IMG/VR virus record: IMGVR_UViG_3300020045_004057
Span: 1-32,645 of that record
Source of the DNA: a virus
Taxonomy: Duplodnaviria; Caudoviricetes
Reading direction: 5' to 3' (one strand)
DNA: 32,645 nt
Each line of letters opens with the position of its first letter. Position 1 is the stretch's first letter. Positions 23,949 to 32,645 of the stretch are shown here, piece by piece. The notes under the pieces were generated by a model, which saw only the letters and a list, made by a program, of their open reading frames with translations, did not search any database and was not told the origin of the DNA. Both the position numbers and the translations under genes were made by a program.

Positions 23949-24757
23949 TGGCTGACAAGCAACTAGTCCTAGCGGAAACCCACAAAAGTTTACTATCGCT
24001 TTTAACCTCAAAGGCTGATGCATTCCCAAAGGATTTCAACCAAACAAGATTCTTGCAAAATTGCATGACGGTCTTGCAGGACACTAAAGATATCGATAAA
24101 TGTCAGCCTATATCAGTTGCCAGGACATTACTGAAAGGCGCGTTCTTGGGCTTGGATTTCTTCCAAAAAGAATGCTATGCGATTCCTTACGGCTCAGTAC
24201 TTCAATTTCAAACCGACTATAAGGGCGAAACGAAAATGGCTAAGAAATACAGTATTCGCCCAATTAAGGATATTTACGCCAAGGTAGTTCGTCAAGGCGA
24301 CTTCTTTGAAGAAATTATTAAAGAAGGGCAACAATCAATAAACTTCAGACCATTATCATTTAGCAATAACGAGGTTGTGGGGGCTTTTGCAGTCGTGTTG
24401 TACACAGACGGTGGCATGGAGTATGAAACAATGACCACGGAGCAGATAGAGGGCATACGGAAGAACTTTAGTAAGATGCCTAATAGTCTAATGTGGAAAC
24501 ATACACCGGAAGAAGCATATAAAAAAACTGTATTGCGGCGATTGACCAAGAAAATTGAAAAAGACTTCGCCAGCGAAGAACAGGCCAAAGTCTATGAAGA
24601 AAGTTCTGATGTTGAATTTAAAAAGAATGAAGAAAAAGCAGATAGAAAACCTGTTCCTGACATTTTGTATAAGCAGGATGAAATGATCGATGCCGAATTT
24701 ACGGCGGTTATTGATCAAGAATTATCTCACTTTGATGTTAAGGACGGTGAAAAGTAA
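23948..24757 (+). CDS. recT: RecT-family single-strand annealing protein
   Basis: LGLDF..ECYAIPYG, FQTDYKG, GAFAV, EEAYKKTVLRRL motifs. Confidence 0.9.
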   Translation: MADKQLVLAETHKSLLSLLTSKADAFPKDFNQTRFLQNCMTVLQDTKDIDKCQPISVARTLLKGAFLGLDFFQKECYAIPYGSVLQFQTDYKGETKMAKKYSIRPIKDIYAKVVRQGDFFEEIIKEGQQSINFRPLSFSNNEVVGAFAVVLYTDGGMEYETMTTEQIEGIRKNFSKMPNSLMWKHTPEEAYKKTVLRRLTKKIEKDFASEEQAKVYEESSDVEFKKNEEKADRKPVPDILYKQDEMIDAEFTAVIDQELSHFDVKDGEK

Positions 24758-25566
24758 TGGAATTAACTAGAGCCAATTACTTTTCAAAAGAGGCCGAACT
24801 ACTTTATATGGGTAGTTCCTCCCTTAAGGCTTGGAATAATTACAAAGGCGGCTGCGAAGCAAGAGAAGTAGCCAAACGTAAAGGCGAGTGGACAGATAAA
24901 GAAAATCCAGCGTTTTTGTTGGGGAATTACTTACATAGTTGGTCAAGTGGTGACTTGCCAGAGTTTATGGCTAATACGCCTGAGTTATTCAAAAAAGACG
25001 GTACATTGCTTGCTAAATACACTCTAGGCGATGAAATGATAAACGTGTTCAAGCGCGATCCTGCCATGATGCAGATGCGCGAAGGCGAAAAAGAACAGAT
25101 ATTCACTGGTGAAATTAACGGCGTGCCATTTAAAATCCAAGTTGATATTCTAAATGTTGAAAAAGGTTACTTTGCCGACATAAAAACCACTAAGAAAATG
25201 ACAGAAAAATACTGGAATAGCGAAACTAGAACATATGAAACATTTATTCAAAAGTATGATTACCCTATGCAATTTAGCATTTACGCCGAGATTTTGCGGC
25301 AGAACTTGAAAATGGATACTTACCTGGACTGTTACATACTGGCGGTGGACAAGCAGGATGTGCCTGACCATGAAATTATCTTTATGGACGTTGATAGCTT
25401 TATTAAGACAAAGCTGGAAGAAATTGAACTGGTTATCCCTAGAATTATGTCGGTTCGGAATGGTGAGGTTGATCCAGTTCGGTGTGAAGTTTGCGATTAT
25501 TGCCGATCAACCAAAAAGATTGTTAAGCCAATTCATTACTTAGATTTGTTGGAAAACTTATGTTAG
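24757..25566 (+). CDS. PD-(D/E)XK exonuclease (DUF3799/RecE-like)
   Basis: LT..NYFS, G...H, KIQVD, DIKTT, YDYPMQ..IY, C-terminal CEVCDYC; paired with RecT. Confidence 0.85.
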   Translation: MELTRANYFSKEAELLYMGSSSLKAWNNYKGGCEAREVAKRKGEWTDKENPAFLLGNYLHSWSSGDLPEFMANTPELFKKDGTLLAKYTLGDEMINVFKRDPAMMQMREGEKEQIFTGEINGVPFKIQVDILNVEKGYFADIKTTKKMTEKYWNSETRTYETFIQKYDYPMQFSIYAEILRQNLKMDTYLDCYILAVDKQDVPDHEIIFMDVDSFIKTKLEEIELVIPRIMSVRNGEVDPVRCEVCDYCRSTKKIVKPIHYLDLLENLC

Positions 25567-26183
25567 GAAAATACAAATTTACTGATAAAGAAATTAAGGA
25601 AGTTCTTGATTCAATAACAATTATTATAGATAGTAGAGAACAAAAAAATTCCCACATTACCGACTATTTAATAAAAAAGAAAATACCATTTATTGAAAAA
25701 CGAAAACTAGATTATGGCGATTATAGTTTTTTTGTTCCTGCCAATGCTGGCTTAAATATACCGCGCGACATCTACTATTCAAATGCTATCGTTTTTGAAC
25801 GTAAAGCTGATGTAATTGAGGTTATCGGTAATTTATGCGAGGATGGCGGTACAAGATTAGAAAATGAATTTATTCGCAGTCACGGATCTAAGTTTTATTT
25901 CATAATCGAAGGGACTACATACCTAGAAGCTATAAAAGGTAATTACGTTATTTCACCAGGTAAAATATCAAAATATAAAGCTGAAACTCTTATCGATAGA
26001 ATTAAAACTTTTGAAGCAAGGTATGGGATTATTGTCCATTGGGCTGGCGATAAAGTAAGTAGCGGTAACTATATTTACTATACATTTAGGCGATGGCTGC
26101 GCGAACAGTTAAAGGGTGGTGAACTGCATGGATCAGCCCTGCTTATGCCCAACCTGCCAGCACCAGCAGAACCCACTTGCTAA
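25560..26183 (+). CDS. ERCC4-domain nuclease (probable resolvase)
   Basis: IDSREQ, LDYGDYS and ERK motifs. Confidence 0.88.
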   Translation: MLGKYKFTDKEIKEVLDSITIIIDSREQKNSHITDYLIKKKIPFIEKRKLDYGDYSFFVPANAGLNIPRDIYYSNAIVFERKADVIEVIGNLCEDGGTRLENEFIRSHGSKFYFIIEGTTYLEAIKGNYVISPGKISKYKAETLIDRIKTFEARYGIIVHWAGDKVSSGNYIYYTFRRWLREQLKGGELHGSALLMPNLPAPAEPTC

Positions 26184-26283
26184 ATGGTACTGCAAAAAAT
26201 TAAGAGATAGTTGTAGCGGCAAATGTGATGTTTGCGATAAGGCGACTCATTGTGAGGATTATGTAGAGGTAGTAGGGGAGTAA
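26128..26283 (+). CDS. 51-aa Cys-rich protein (not in ORF track)
   Basis: GGGTGGTG RBS; MDQPCLCPTC...C..CSGKCDVC...HCEDY. Confidence 0.55.
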   Translation: MDQPCLCPTCQHQQNPLAKWYCKKLRDSCSGKCDVCDKATHCEDYVEVVGE

Positions 26284-26318
26284 TTCCCCTTCCTAATCTA
26301 GTTAATTGAGGTGATTAG

Positions 26319-27182
26319 ATGGCAGAAGAAAAACGTTATTACTGGCTAAAATTTTATGATACTTTCTTTTCAGAAAAAGAGATTAAAAAGCTGAGAAAAA
26401 TAGCTGGTGGTGATACGTACACAATAATTTATTTAAAATTGCAGCTTCTTAGTTTGAAAAATAATGGAACTTTGTTGTTTGAAAATATTGAAGATACTTT
26501 TGCCGAAGAATTAGCCCTAGATATTGACGAAGAAGCTGAAAACATCAAGTTTACGCTCATGTTTTTACGGAAATATGGACTGATTGAAGAAGTTAATAGC
26601 GCAGAGTTTATTTTACCTAAAACTGTAGAGTCGATAGGTAGCGAGGGCCAGTGTGCTGCAAGGGTTCGCAAGCATCGCAACAAGAATAAAACGTTACTTG
26701 GTAACACACCTGTAACAGCATGTAACATTGAAGCGTTACAGAATGTTACATGTAACGGAGAGAAAGAGAAAGAGAAAGAACTATATATAGAACTAGATAT
26801 AGACAAAGAAACGTCATTTGATGAATTTTGGCAACAATACCCTAATAAAAAAGCTAAGAAAGATGCAGTTAAGGCGTGGGGCAAGTTAAAACTTACTATT
26901 GGATTGATTGATTTAATCATGGGATCGCTTGTAAAACACAAAATGTCAATTGATTGGGTAAAGGATAACGGTAAATTTATCCCTTATCCTGCAACGTGGC
27001 TAAAGGGTGAGCGGTGGAATGATGAAGTCGAAGAAGCGCAGACAGCATTATTTGCCAATAAGCGTAAGTTATCGAAAGCAGATCAGGACATGGAAGAACT
27101 GGGGAGGATGATGGCTGACTATGACAGGTGCAATGCTGAAAAAAATAATGGATCTGTGCCGTGCCAACTACCCCGACTATAA
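26319..27182 (+). CDS. Replication initiator (phage replisome organiser N-terminal domain)
   Basis: KRYYWLK...IKKLRKIAGGDTYTIIYLKL N-terminus; FDEFW..YP.K..K and FIPYPATWL..ERWND C-terminus. Confidence 0.9.
   Translation: MAEEKRYYWLKFYDTFFSEKEIKKLRKIAGGDTYTIIYLKLQLLSLKNNGTLLFENIEDTFAEELALDIDEEAENIKFTLMFLRKYGLIEEVNSAEFILPKTVESIGSEGQCAARVRKHRNKNKTLLGNTPVTACNIEALQNVTCNGEKEKEKELYIELDIDKETSFDEFWQQYPNKKAKKDAVKAWGKLKLTIGLIDLIMGSLVKHKMSIDWVKDNGKFIPYPATWLKGERWNDEVEEAQTALFANKRKLSKADQDMEELGRMMADYDRCNAEKNNGSVPCQLPRL
26691..26780. repeat. Iteron-like GTAAC/GTTAC cluster, probable replication origin
   Basis: GTTAC 26693, GTAAC 26701, TGTAAC 26711/26721/26751, GTTACA 26735/26745, followed by a purine-only AGAAAG tract. 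Confidence 0.7.
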
Positions 27183-27687
27183 CACTGACTATAAGGCTAA
27201 AGGCGTACTATGGATGGACGAATTTATAAAACAGCCGGACGACCTAATGGAAACGGCAATCAGGTCATGCATAACATTCGGCAAAAAGTTTCCGACCATT
27301 GCTGACATTGCCGATGCTATAAAAGACTTGCGCTATGTAGAGCAGGTAAAACCTAAACAATTAGCGTGGGACGTAAAGCGATCAAACGGATTGCATCAAA
27401 AAATAATGGATATGGCAACTGGCAAGACCGACACAAAAGTATATCTACAGACTTTAGATATTAGTAAGCAGCTAGAATATGCCAGTAAGTTTTTCCCCGA
27501 TATTTCAGCAGAATTAGTATTGCGAAACCTGCCCGAGTTTATGCAGGGCATGGAATATGATGAAATGTGCTGGTCTTGTAGGACAATGAAACAGGCATGT
27601 GTCGGATATAAGCCAAAGCATGTGCTAGGTAGTGATGGATGGGTGTCTAACCAATGGGCAAAATGCGAAAAAATTGAAAGAAGGTAA
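27121..27687 (+). CDS. Helicase loader/inhibitor (SPP1 G39P-like N-domain)
   Basis: MT...KIM....NYP, LW..F, KFPTIADI motifs; follows the initiator. Confidence 0.7.
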   Translation: MTGAMLKKIMDLCRANYPDYNTDYKAKGVLWMDEFIKQPDDLMETAIRSCITFGKKFPTIADIADAIKDLRYVEQVKPKQLAWDVKRSNGLHQKIMDMATGKTDTKVYLQTLDISKQLEYASKFFPDISAELVLRNLPEFMQGMEYDEMCWSCRTMKQACVGYKPKHVLGSDGWVSNQWAKCEKIERR

Positions 27688-27692
27688 ATAAT

Positions 27693-28283
27693 GTGGATGA
27701 TATTAAAAAAGAGATAAGAGATCACTGGTTTAAAGATCATGTTGCCGCGTTGACACAGCATGGTGATTTGCAGGTTATTGCATGGCGCAATCCTAAATGT
27801 TTTTCGTATGCTTGTAGATATACTTTTGACAGGGAATTCGTTTATATCTCTGGCGATATTGGAGAAGCGGTATTTAGATTAACATGGAGTGCTAGTATTC
27901 ATTCCTTTAACAATATACACGTTCACTACTTTCATGAAAAACTGAGCGCTTACTTTGGATCTAGGTATAAATTCAGCTCAGAAAAAGCGGTTAAGGGCCT
28001 CAGAGAGTGGTTAAAAGACTTGAAAGAAAATTATCATCGAAAATATGATCATGATGAAATGGCAAATTTATTCACCGAAGCAAGGGAATGTTCCAGCACG
28101 AAAGAATGGGCTTTTATTGTTAATAGTCACCATGATTTCATAAGTGGATTAGATCAGGATTATTTCGAATGGTTTTATAATATTGGCAATGAAATACCAG
28201 CAAAGATACACGCATATCTAATAGGATTACAGATGGCATCTGAACAGCTTGCAAAATTAGAAGAAATTAAAGGCGGTAAATAA
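27693..28283 (+). CDS. Conserved phage hypothetical protein
   Basis: HWFKDH, YISGDIGEAVF, YFHEKL motifs. Confidence 0.7.
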   Translation: MDDIKKEIRDHWFKDHVAALTQHGDLQVIAWRNPKCFSYACRYTFDREFVYISGDIGEAVFRLTWSASIHSFNNIHVHYFHEKLSAYFGSRYKFSSEKAVKGLREWLKDLKENYHRKYDHDEMANLFTEARECSSTKEWAFIVNSHHDFISGLDQDYFEWFYNIGNEIPAKIHAYLIGLQMASEQLAKLEEIKGGK

Positions 28284-28284
28284 C

Positions 28285-28692
28285 ATGAACAAATTTATAG
28301 GTGTTGGCAGACTGACTCGCGATCCTGAGGTCCGTTACACTCAAAGCGGTAAAGCGGTAGCCAGTTTTGCAATAGCAATTGATAATGGTTTTGGCGACAA
28401 TAAGCGAGTTGATTTTATTAATATAACGGTTTGGGATAAATTAGCCGAAGTTTGCGGAAACAACCTTGCAAAAGGTCGCAGGGTGCTGGTCGAGGGGCGT
28501 TTACAAATTGGAGAATATGAAAAAGACGGACAAAAGCGCAAAACTGCTGAGATTGTAGCACAAAATATTGAGTTTTTGGATTATAAAGATGGTGGACAGG
28601 CCCCGGTGAATAATCAACCTGTTAAAGGTGGCAGTAGTCCTGCTGATGGAATGGGTAGTGAAGTATTTCCCGAAGAAGAAATCCCATTTTAA
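28285..28692 (+). CDS. ssb: Single-stranded DNA-binding protein
   Basis: MNK..VGRLTRDPEVRYT, KGRRVLVEGRLQ, acidic EEEIPF tail. Confidence 0.95.
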   Translation: MNKFIGVGRLTRDPEVRYTQSGKAVASFAIAIDNGFGDNKRVDFINITVWDKLAEVCGNNLAKGRRVLVEGRLQIGEYEKDGQKRKTAEIVAQNIEFLDYKDGGQAPVNNQPVKGGSSPADGMGSEVFPEEEIPF

Positions 28693-28706
28693 GGGAGCTG
28701 TAAAAA

Positions 28707-29114
28707 ATGCAAGTGCTGCAACTGAACATATTTGAAAGCAATCCCCATGAAATATATCAACGACCTAAAAAGCCGTGGGATTCATCAGCTAGAAATAAAT
28801 TTTTAGTAAATCTTAATAACTTTGAACCACCGCCATTATCGGAGTTGCGAACTACTCCTAAACGAGAAAAAACCGTGTCTGAGATATTAAAGGTGGGCGA
28901 TATAGTTAAAACCAGTTATGGGACAGGGCCATATAAGGTGCAGGTTATTACTGAAATCAATACCTATGGTTACCCACCTTGCTATTCGTTGTCTCTCAGT
29001 AATATTAATTGCAATAAAATTGATTCGTGGATAAACGAGATTGTGGCGGTCGATGGTAGATTGTTAAAACTATTTAAGGGTAATGAGGATGAAATTTTTA
29101 TAATTAAGGATTGA
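28707..29114 (+). CDS. Hypothetical protein
   Basis: AAGGGAG RBS; 135-aa ORF in the operon. Confidence 0.7.
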   Translation: MQVLQLNIFESNPHEIYQRPKKPWDSSARNKFLVNLNNFEPPPLSELRTTPKREKTVSEILKVGDIVKTSYGTGPYKVQVITEINTYGYPPCYSLSLSNINCNKIDSWINEIVAVDGRLLKLFKGNEDEIFIIKD

Positions 29115-29183
29115 TTAAACAGCAAGCATGCCTATGTGCCCAATATTGCTGTAGGTATGCTTGTAAATAAATGAGGGGGAATA

Positions 29184-29597
29184 GTGATGAATAATGGAGA
29201 CTGGACATTCAATGACCAAGAAGATGGTAATTGGTCAAACGATCAATTTAGCACTAAAGAAGAAGCAATTACAGCCGGAATAGAATATGCACAGGAAGAA
29301 GGATGGTCTAATCTGTACGTTGGTATGGTGCAAGAAATCCCTGTAATATCTCCTATAGATGCTGATGATGTTATTGAAAAAACAGCGGAAAAAATAGACG
29401 AAGATTATGGCGGCGATTATGATCCAGGCGAAAGATTTGATGACAGTTTGCAATGTGGTGATAATGATCATTTACAAAAGTTACTTGACGAAGCTTTTTA
29501 TAAATGGGTTGAGGACAGAAATATTAAATGCCCATGTTTTACGATTGAAAATGTTGAGCAAGTTATGGTGCCGGACAGAATGGAGCGTGGAGAATGA
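29184..29597 (+). CDS. Acidic hypothetical protein
   Basis: GAGGGGG RBS; FSTKEEAI motif common in early phage proteins. Confidence 0.72.
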   Translation: MMNNGDWTFNDQEDGNWSNDQFSTKEEAITAGIEYAQEEGWSNLYVGMVQEIPVISPIDADDVIEKTAEKIDEDYGGDYDPGERFDDSLQCGDNDHLQKLLDEAFYKWVEDRNIKCPCFTIENVEQVMVPDRMERGE

Positions 29598-29917
29598 TGG
29601 ATGCTAAACAGGCAGTAGAATATTTGAGAAATTGTACGCGTAAAAGTGATTTATTTGATTTTGGAATAGCCGACTTTATCGAACAGGAAGCGGAAAAGAT
29701 TGATATTAAATGTTGTGGTAATTGCGATATCACTTGTACAGATAATAATAACCAGCAAGAAAAATACGCTGAGCTGGGGCGGTTAGTTGCAAAAACAGTT
29801 GAAAATTGCTCATATTTTACAGAAAAAGGTCTTTCAGATAAGTGTAACTCTCTTCCTTTTTCGCCATGCAAATATATTGAATGGTGCCCAAAATATAGAA
29901 TTAAATCGGAGGTATGA
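29594..29917 (+). CDS. Cys-rich hypothetical protein
   Basis: ATGA overlap; KCCGNC motif. Confidence 0.68.
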   Translation: MMDAKQAVEYLRNCTRKSDLFDFGIADFIEQEAEKIDIKCCGNCDITCTDNNNQQEKYAELGRLVAKTVENCSYFTEKGLSDKCNSLPFSPCKYIEWCPKYRIKSEV

Positions 29918-29920
29918 CTA

Positions 29921-30382
29921 ATGCAAACTAAACTGCAAGAGATAAGGGATCGGGCTGATAAGGCGACTGTTGGGCCGTGGAAGTTATGGGGAATGGATGT
30001 AATGCATGATCCTGTTGGTGATAGTAACATTGATACAGCTTTATTGATCGCGAACACAGAAGATCCACACCGGGGGTTAAGGACTTTTAATGCTGAATTT
30101 ATCGCCCATGCCCGTCAAGATGTGCCGTATTTACTGGATGCAATTGAAAGATTGGAAAATTTCATTGAGAAAGTATTAAATCAGGATATTGATGTAGTAA
30201 ATATAGCATCGTCTTTACAACAATCACAGGATAGGGAACGAGTTTTGCGGGATGCGTTGCAAAAGGTTGAGCATATGGCTCTCACTGCAGAATTATTTGG
30301 TCAAAAAGTATATTCAATGTTTGCTGATGACCGCGATGAAATATTAAAAGCAATTAAACAGGAGGACAAACAAAATGCTTGA
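29921..30382 (+). CDS. Ead/Ea22-like protein
   Basis: LQEIRDRADKATVGPW...NAEFIAHARQDVPYLL motif. Confidence 0.7.
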   Translation: MQTKLQEIRDRADKATVGPWKLWGMDVMHDPVGDSNIDTALLIANTEDPHRGLRTFNAEFIAHARQDVPYLLDAIERLENFIEKVLNQDIDVVNIASSLQQSQDRERVLRDALQKVEHMALTAELFGQKVYSMFADDRDEILKAIKQEDKQNA

Positions 30383-30755
30383 TCTTGCAAAATTGTACAG
30401 GTTAGCTGGATCTGAAAGCGCATTGGTTGGAGCTATTCAGACCTTAGAATATTATTATAAAACTCAGGTTGAATCAGCTAAGAAATATCTAAATAGTAGC
30501 CATTACGATCAATTTGGGCATGTTCAATCAGAAAACTATGAAGAAGAAGAAGCACAAATAAAATGGCTAATGCGTGGAGACGATGAAAGCAAAACAGAAT
30601 TTGGCATGGAATTGCTTGACGGTCAATATACAAGACAGACATTGCTGGAGATTTTATTCAGCAAAGATGAGATTGTCGAACTGCATAGATTAGTCAAGGC
30701 GAAGAATAAAGCTAGAAACTATCACATAAAGCAGAATAATGGTGTAGCTGATTGA
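30375..30755 (+). CDS. Hypothetical protein
   Basis: AGGAGG RBS; 126 aa. Confidence 0.7.
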   Translation: MLDLAKLYRLAGSESALVGAIQTLEYYYKTQVESAKKYLNSSHYDQFGHVQSENYEEEEAQIKWLMRGDDESKTEFGMELLDGQYTRQTLLEILFSKDEIVELHRLVKAKNKARNYHIKQNNGVAD

Positions 30756-30793
30756 TATGATAGTCGTGAATACTAACTCGTTAGAATCGAAAT

Positions 30794-31102
30794 ATGGAGG
30801 GGTTAACGGTGATGGATTACGCCAAGCAACATGTCAGCGATATTTGCGCAGCTATGGCAAGGAAAAATGAGCAAGCCAAAACAACTTATATAAATCTTGC
30901 TGAGCGCATGGATAAGCCTAAAATATCCAAGCAACAACAATATTGGCAGGAACGAGCCGATAGTTTATACATGCTGACTAAAAAGACAATGGTGGTAGTT
31001 AGTTTAGGTCATGATAATTGGCAAGTGTGGGGCAAGAATATTGCTGATAAATGCGGTGCTGAGTATGTTTACGAGACAGGGGGTAGCGATAATGTTGGTT
31101 GA
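30794..31102 (+). CDS. Hypothetical protein
   Basis: ORF track; true start probably ATG 30812 after GGAGGGG. Confidence 0.65.
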   Translation: MEGLTVMDYAKQHVSDICAAMARKNEQAKTTYINLAERMDKPKISKQQQYWQERADSLYMLTKKTMVVVSLGHDNWQVWGKNIADKCGAEYVYETGGSDNVG

Positions 31103-31238
31103 GTTAACTAAACGACAGATTGAGTTGCTGAGAAAACCACTACACGAGACTATTATGGAGCAAAGAGTAGGATTATATACGGAATATAACCAATTGGCTA
31201 TGATTTTGGATGAAGCGGTGGAGGAAATTGATAGTTAA
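31092..31238 (+). CDS. Small hypothetical protein
   Basis: AGGGGGT RBS; MLVELTKRQIELL... Confidence 0.55.
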   Translation: MLVELTKRQIELLRKPLHETIMEQRVGLYTEYNQLAMILDEAVEEIDS

Positions 31239-31387
31239 AATAGTGGTGTGAGTTTTGAATGTGGCGTGCAGGGCTATTTGAATATCTTGCGAGTATGAAT
31301 GTATAGGTTAGGGGTATTTGATAGCCTTGTACAGCCATTTTGGGATAATTATTATTATGGAATAATTGATATGGGATGGTGTGTGGG

Positions 31388-32185
31388 ATGAAAGTTAAGA
31401 TAATAAAATGTTGTAATCCCAGTTGGTGGTATTCTGAGAAAATTGGAGATGTGTTTAAAGTGTCAAATATATCTGGTCACGAATGGGAGGTAACGGAAAG
31501 GATATTTATAGGCGTTCGTCTTTTAAAGATCGATGCTGAAGTGGTGGAAGAAGTTGAGGATTGTTGCAATTGTGCATTTGGTAAATTAAATAGAGAATCA
31601 TATCCTTGTAATCGTTGTGAAAAATGGATTGATGATTGCTCTGAGAGTAAATGGGAAAAGAAAAGTAAATTTGTGGGGTTTAAAATCAAACAAGATAAGC
31701 GTAAAAAATTACACGATACGTGTAATTGTCTTAATAACGGTACGGGTGAATTAATTAGCGAGGATTGTAATATTCACGGCAAGGCGGTAATGGACGCGAT
31801 AGAAAATATTAAACGTTGCATAACATGCCAATTTAACGTAGATAGACCTACTGATAAATGTTGGCCATATTGTGTTCCTAATAATCGTAGAAATTGGCAA
31901 CAACAGACTGAAATAGTAACCAATGAGCATGGCGCCAAGCAATCAAAATCAGAGTATTGCTGGATAGATATTGATTCTAAGTCATTATTGAAAGTTGCCA
32001 AGTTAAGCGCAGCGGGGCGCGAGAAGTATGGTGCTGATAACTGGCGCAAGATATCAGTTTTGGACCATGTTGGACACGCTATAAGTCATTTGTTTTTATA
32101 TCTGGCTAAAGATACTAGTGAGGATCATTTGAGTCATGCAGCGTGGAGAGTGTTGGCGGCTATGGGGGTTGAAAGTAATGGCTAA
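31388..32185 (+). CDS. Cys-rich N-terminal modules fused to a dATP/dGTP diphosphohydrolase-like (DUF5664) domain
   Basis: C-terminal GREKYGADNWRKI..DH..HA..H...EDHLSHAAWR; CxxC motifs upstream. Confidence 0.75.
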   Translation: MKVKIIKCCNPSWWYSEKIGDVFKVSNISGHEWEVTERIFIGVRLLKIDAEVVEEVEDCCNCAFGKLNRESYPCNRCEKWIDDCSESKWEKKSKFVGFKIKQDKRKKLHDTCNCLNNGTGELISEDCNIHGKAVMDAIENIKRCITCQFNVDRPTDKCWPYCVPNNRRNWQQQTEIVTNEHGAKQSKSEYCWIDIDSKSLLKVAKLSAAGREKYGADNWRKISVLDHVGHAISHLFLYLAKDTSEDHLSHAAWRVLAAMGVESNG

Positions 32186-32480
32186 ACAGATTAATTGCGG
32201 GATTTGTGCCTATCATGGCAATACAGTAGCAATGACATTAATTAAAGATCATTTTGAGTGTCCTGAGTGTGGGGCTCAAACATACGATAATGATGCTGGT
32301 GACGATTGTTTTGTTAGAAATTACAAGCAGCAGCAGAAAGAATATGTAAGTCGGAGTTTTCAGCCAGGAACTCATGTTGTAGGTGGTGGAGATGCTGTAG
32401 GAAAATCTAAAACAGAAGCAATGAAAAAGAAATCAGTCGGTGCATTGCGACATAGTTTGGATGAGCCTAGATATTATTGA
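32178..32480 (+). CDS. Zinc-ribbon protein, last early gene (possible late regulator)
   Basis: CGIC...CPECG; GGGGG RBS before ATG 32178. Confidence 0.65.
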   Translation: MAKQINCGICAYHGNTVAMTLIKDHFECPECGAQTYDNDAGDDCFVRNYKQQQKEYVSRSFQPGTHVVGGGDAVGKSKTEAMKKKSVGALRHSLDEPRYY

Positions 32481-32497
32481 TTAGTAACGGTAATTTG

Positions 32498-32526
32498 TTG
32501 ACAATCTTGACATATTAAGATATTAT
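32498..32526 (+). promoter_or_regulatory. Sigma-A promoter at the early/late boundary
   Basis: TTGACA-17-TATTAT; a second TTGACA at 32507. Confidence 0.65.
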
Positions 32527-32575
32527 TGAAAATAGATCCGACACTCTAGAGGGTATTTAACAAAATAATACATAT

Positions 32576-32604
32576 GGGCCGTCCAAATTGGGCGGTCTTT
32601 TCTT
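32576..32604 (+). terminator. Rho-independent terminator
   Basis: GGGCCGTCC-AAATT-GGGCGGTCT-TTTCTT. Confidence 0.75.
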
Positions 32605-32645
32605 ATGCCTAAAAATAAATGATGGAGAGGATGATATGCCAGGAT

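Larger units (their letters stand above)
1..32645 (+). mobile_element. Temperate siphovirus-like phage genome segment (excised/attP-containing form)
   Basis: Continuous modular order capsid-tail-lysis-integrase-attP-immunity-replication, with no host housekeeping genes. Confidence 0.95.

Noticed and set aside
22102-26183. ATPase plus nucleases as a defence system
   Set aside because: RecT, PD-(D/E)XK exonuclease, ERCC4 and the SbcC-like ATPase in the early operon form a familiar phage recombination module

Overview
The window is about 32.6 kb of a temperate siphovirus-type phage of an anaerobic, low-GC Firmicute. The host is inferred to be a diderm Negativicute, from a catalytic-domain-only amidase, a nested spanin-like gene pair and a CsgG/TolB-N-like secreted moron. 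Gene order on + is: HK97-type capsid, head-tail joining, tail (with a -1 frameshifted chaperone and an antisense moron), lysis cassette, an accessory operon ending in a tyrosine integrase, an intact attP-like site, immunity region, early/recombination/replication genes, and a probable late promoter at the right edge. The intact attP suggests excised or virion DNA. Most unusual elements: (i) two almost fully overlapping coiled-coil membrane/secreted genes after the endolysin, resembling a two-component spanin without a clear lipoprotein partner; (ii) a lysis-lysogeny switch built from divergent Arc/ribbon-helix-helix proteins rather than CI/Cro, with phased operators and a LexA-box-controlled 53-aa gene converging on the repressor; (iii) a stand-alone NrdD glycyl-radical domain coupled to the lysis operon. 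Several small genes are missing from the ORF track. All calls come from reading motifs by eye; no database searches were run.
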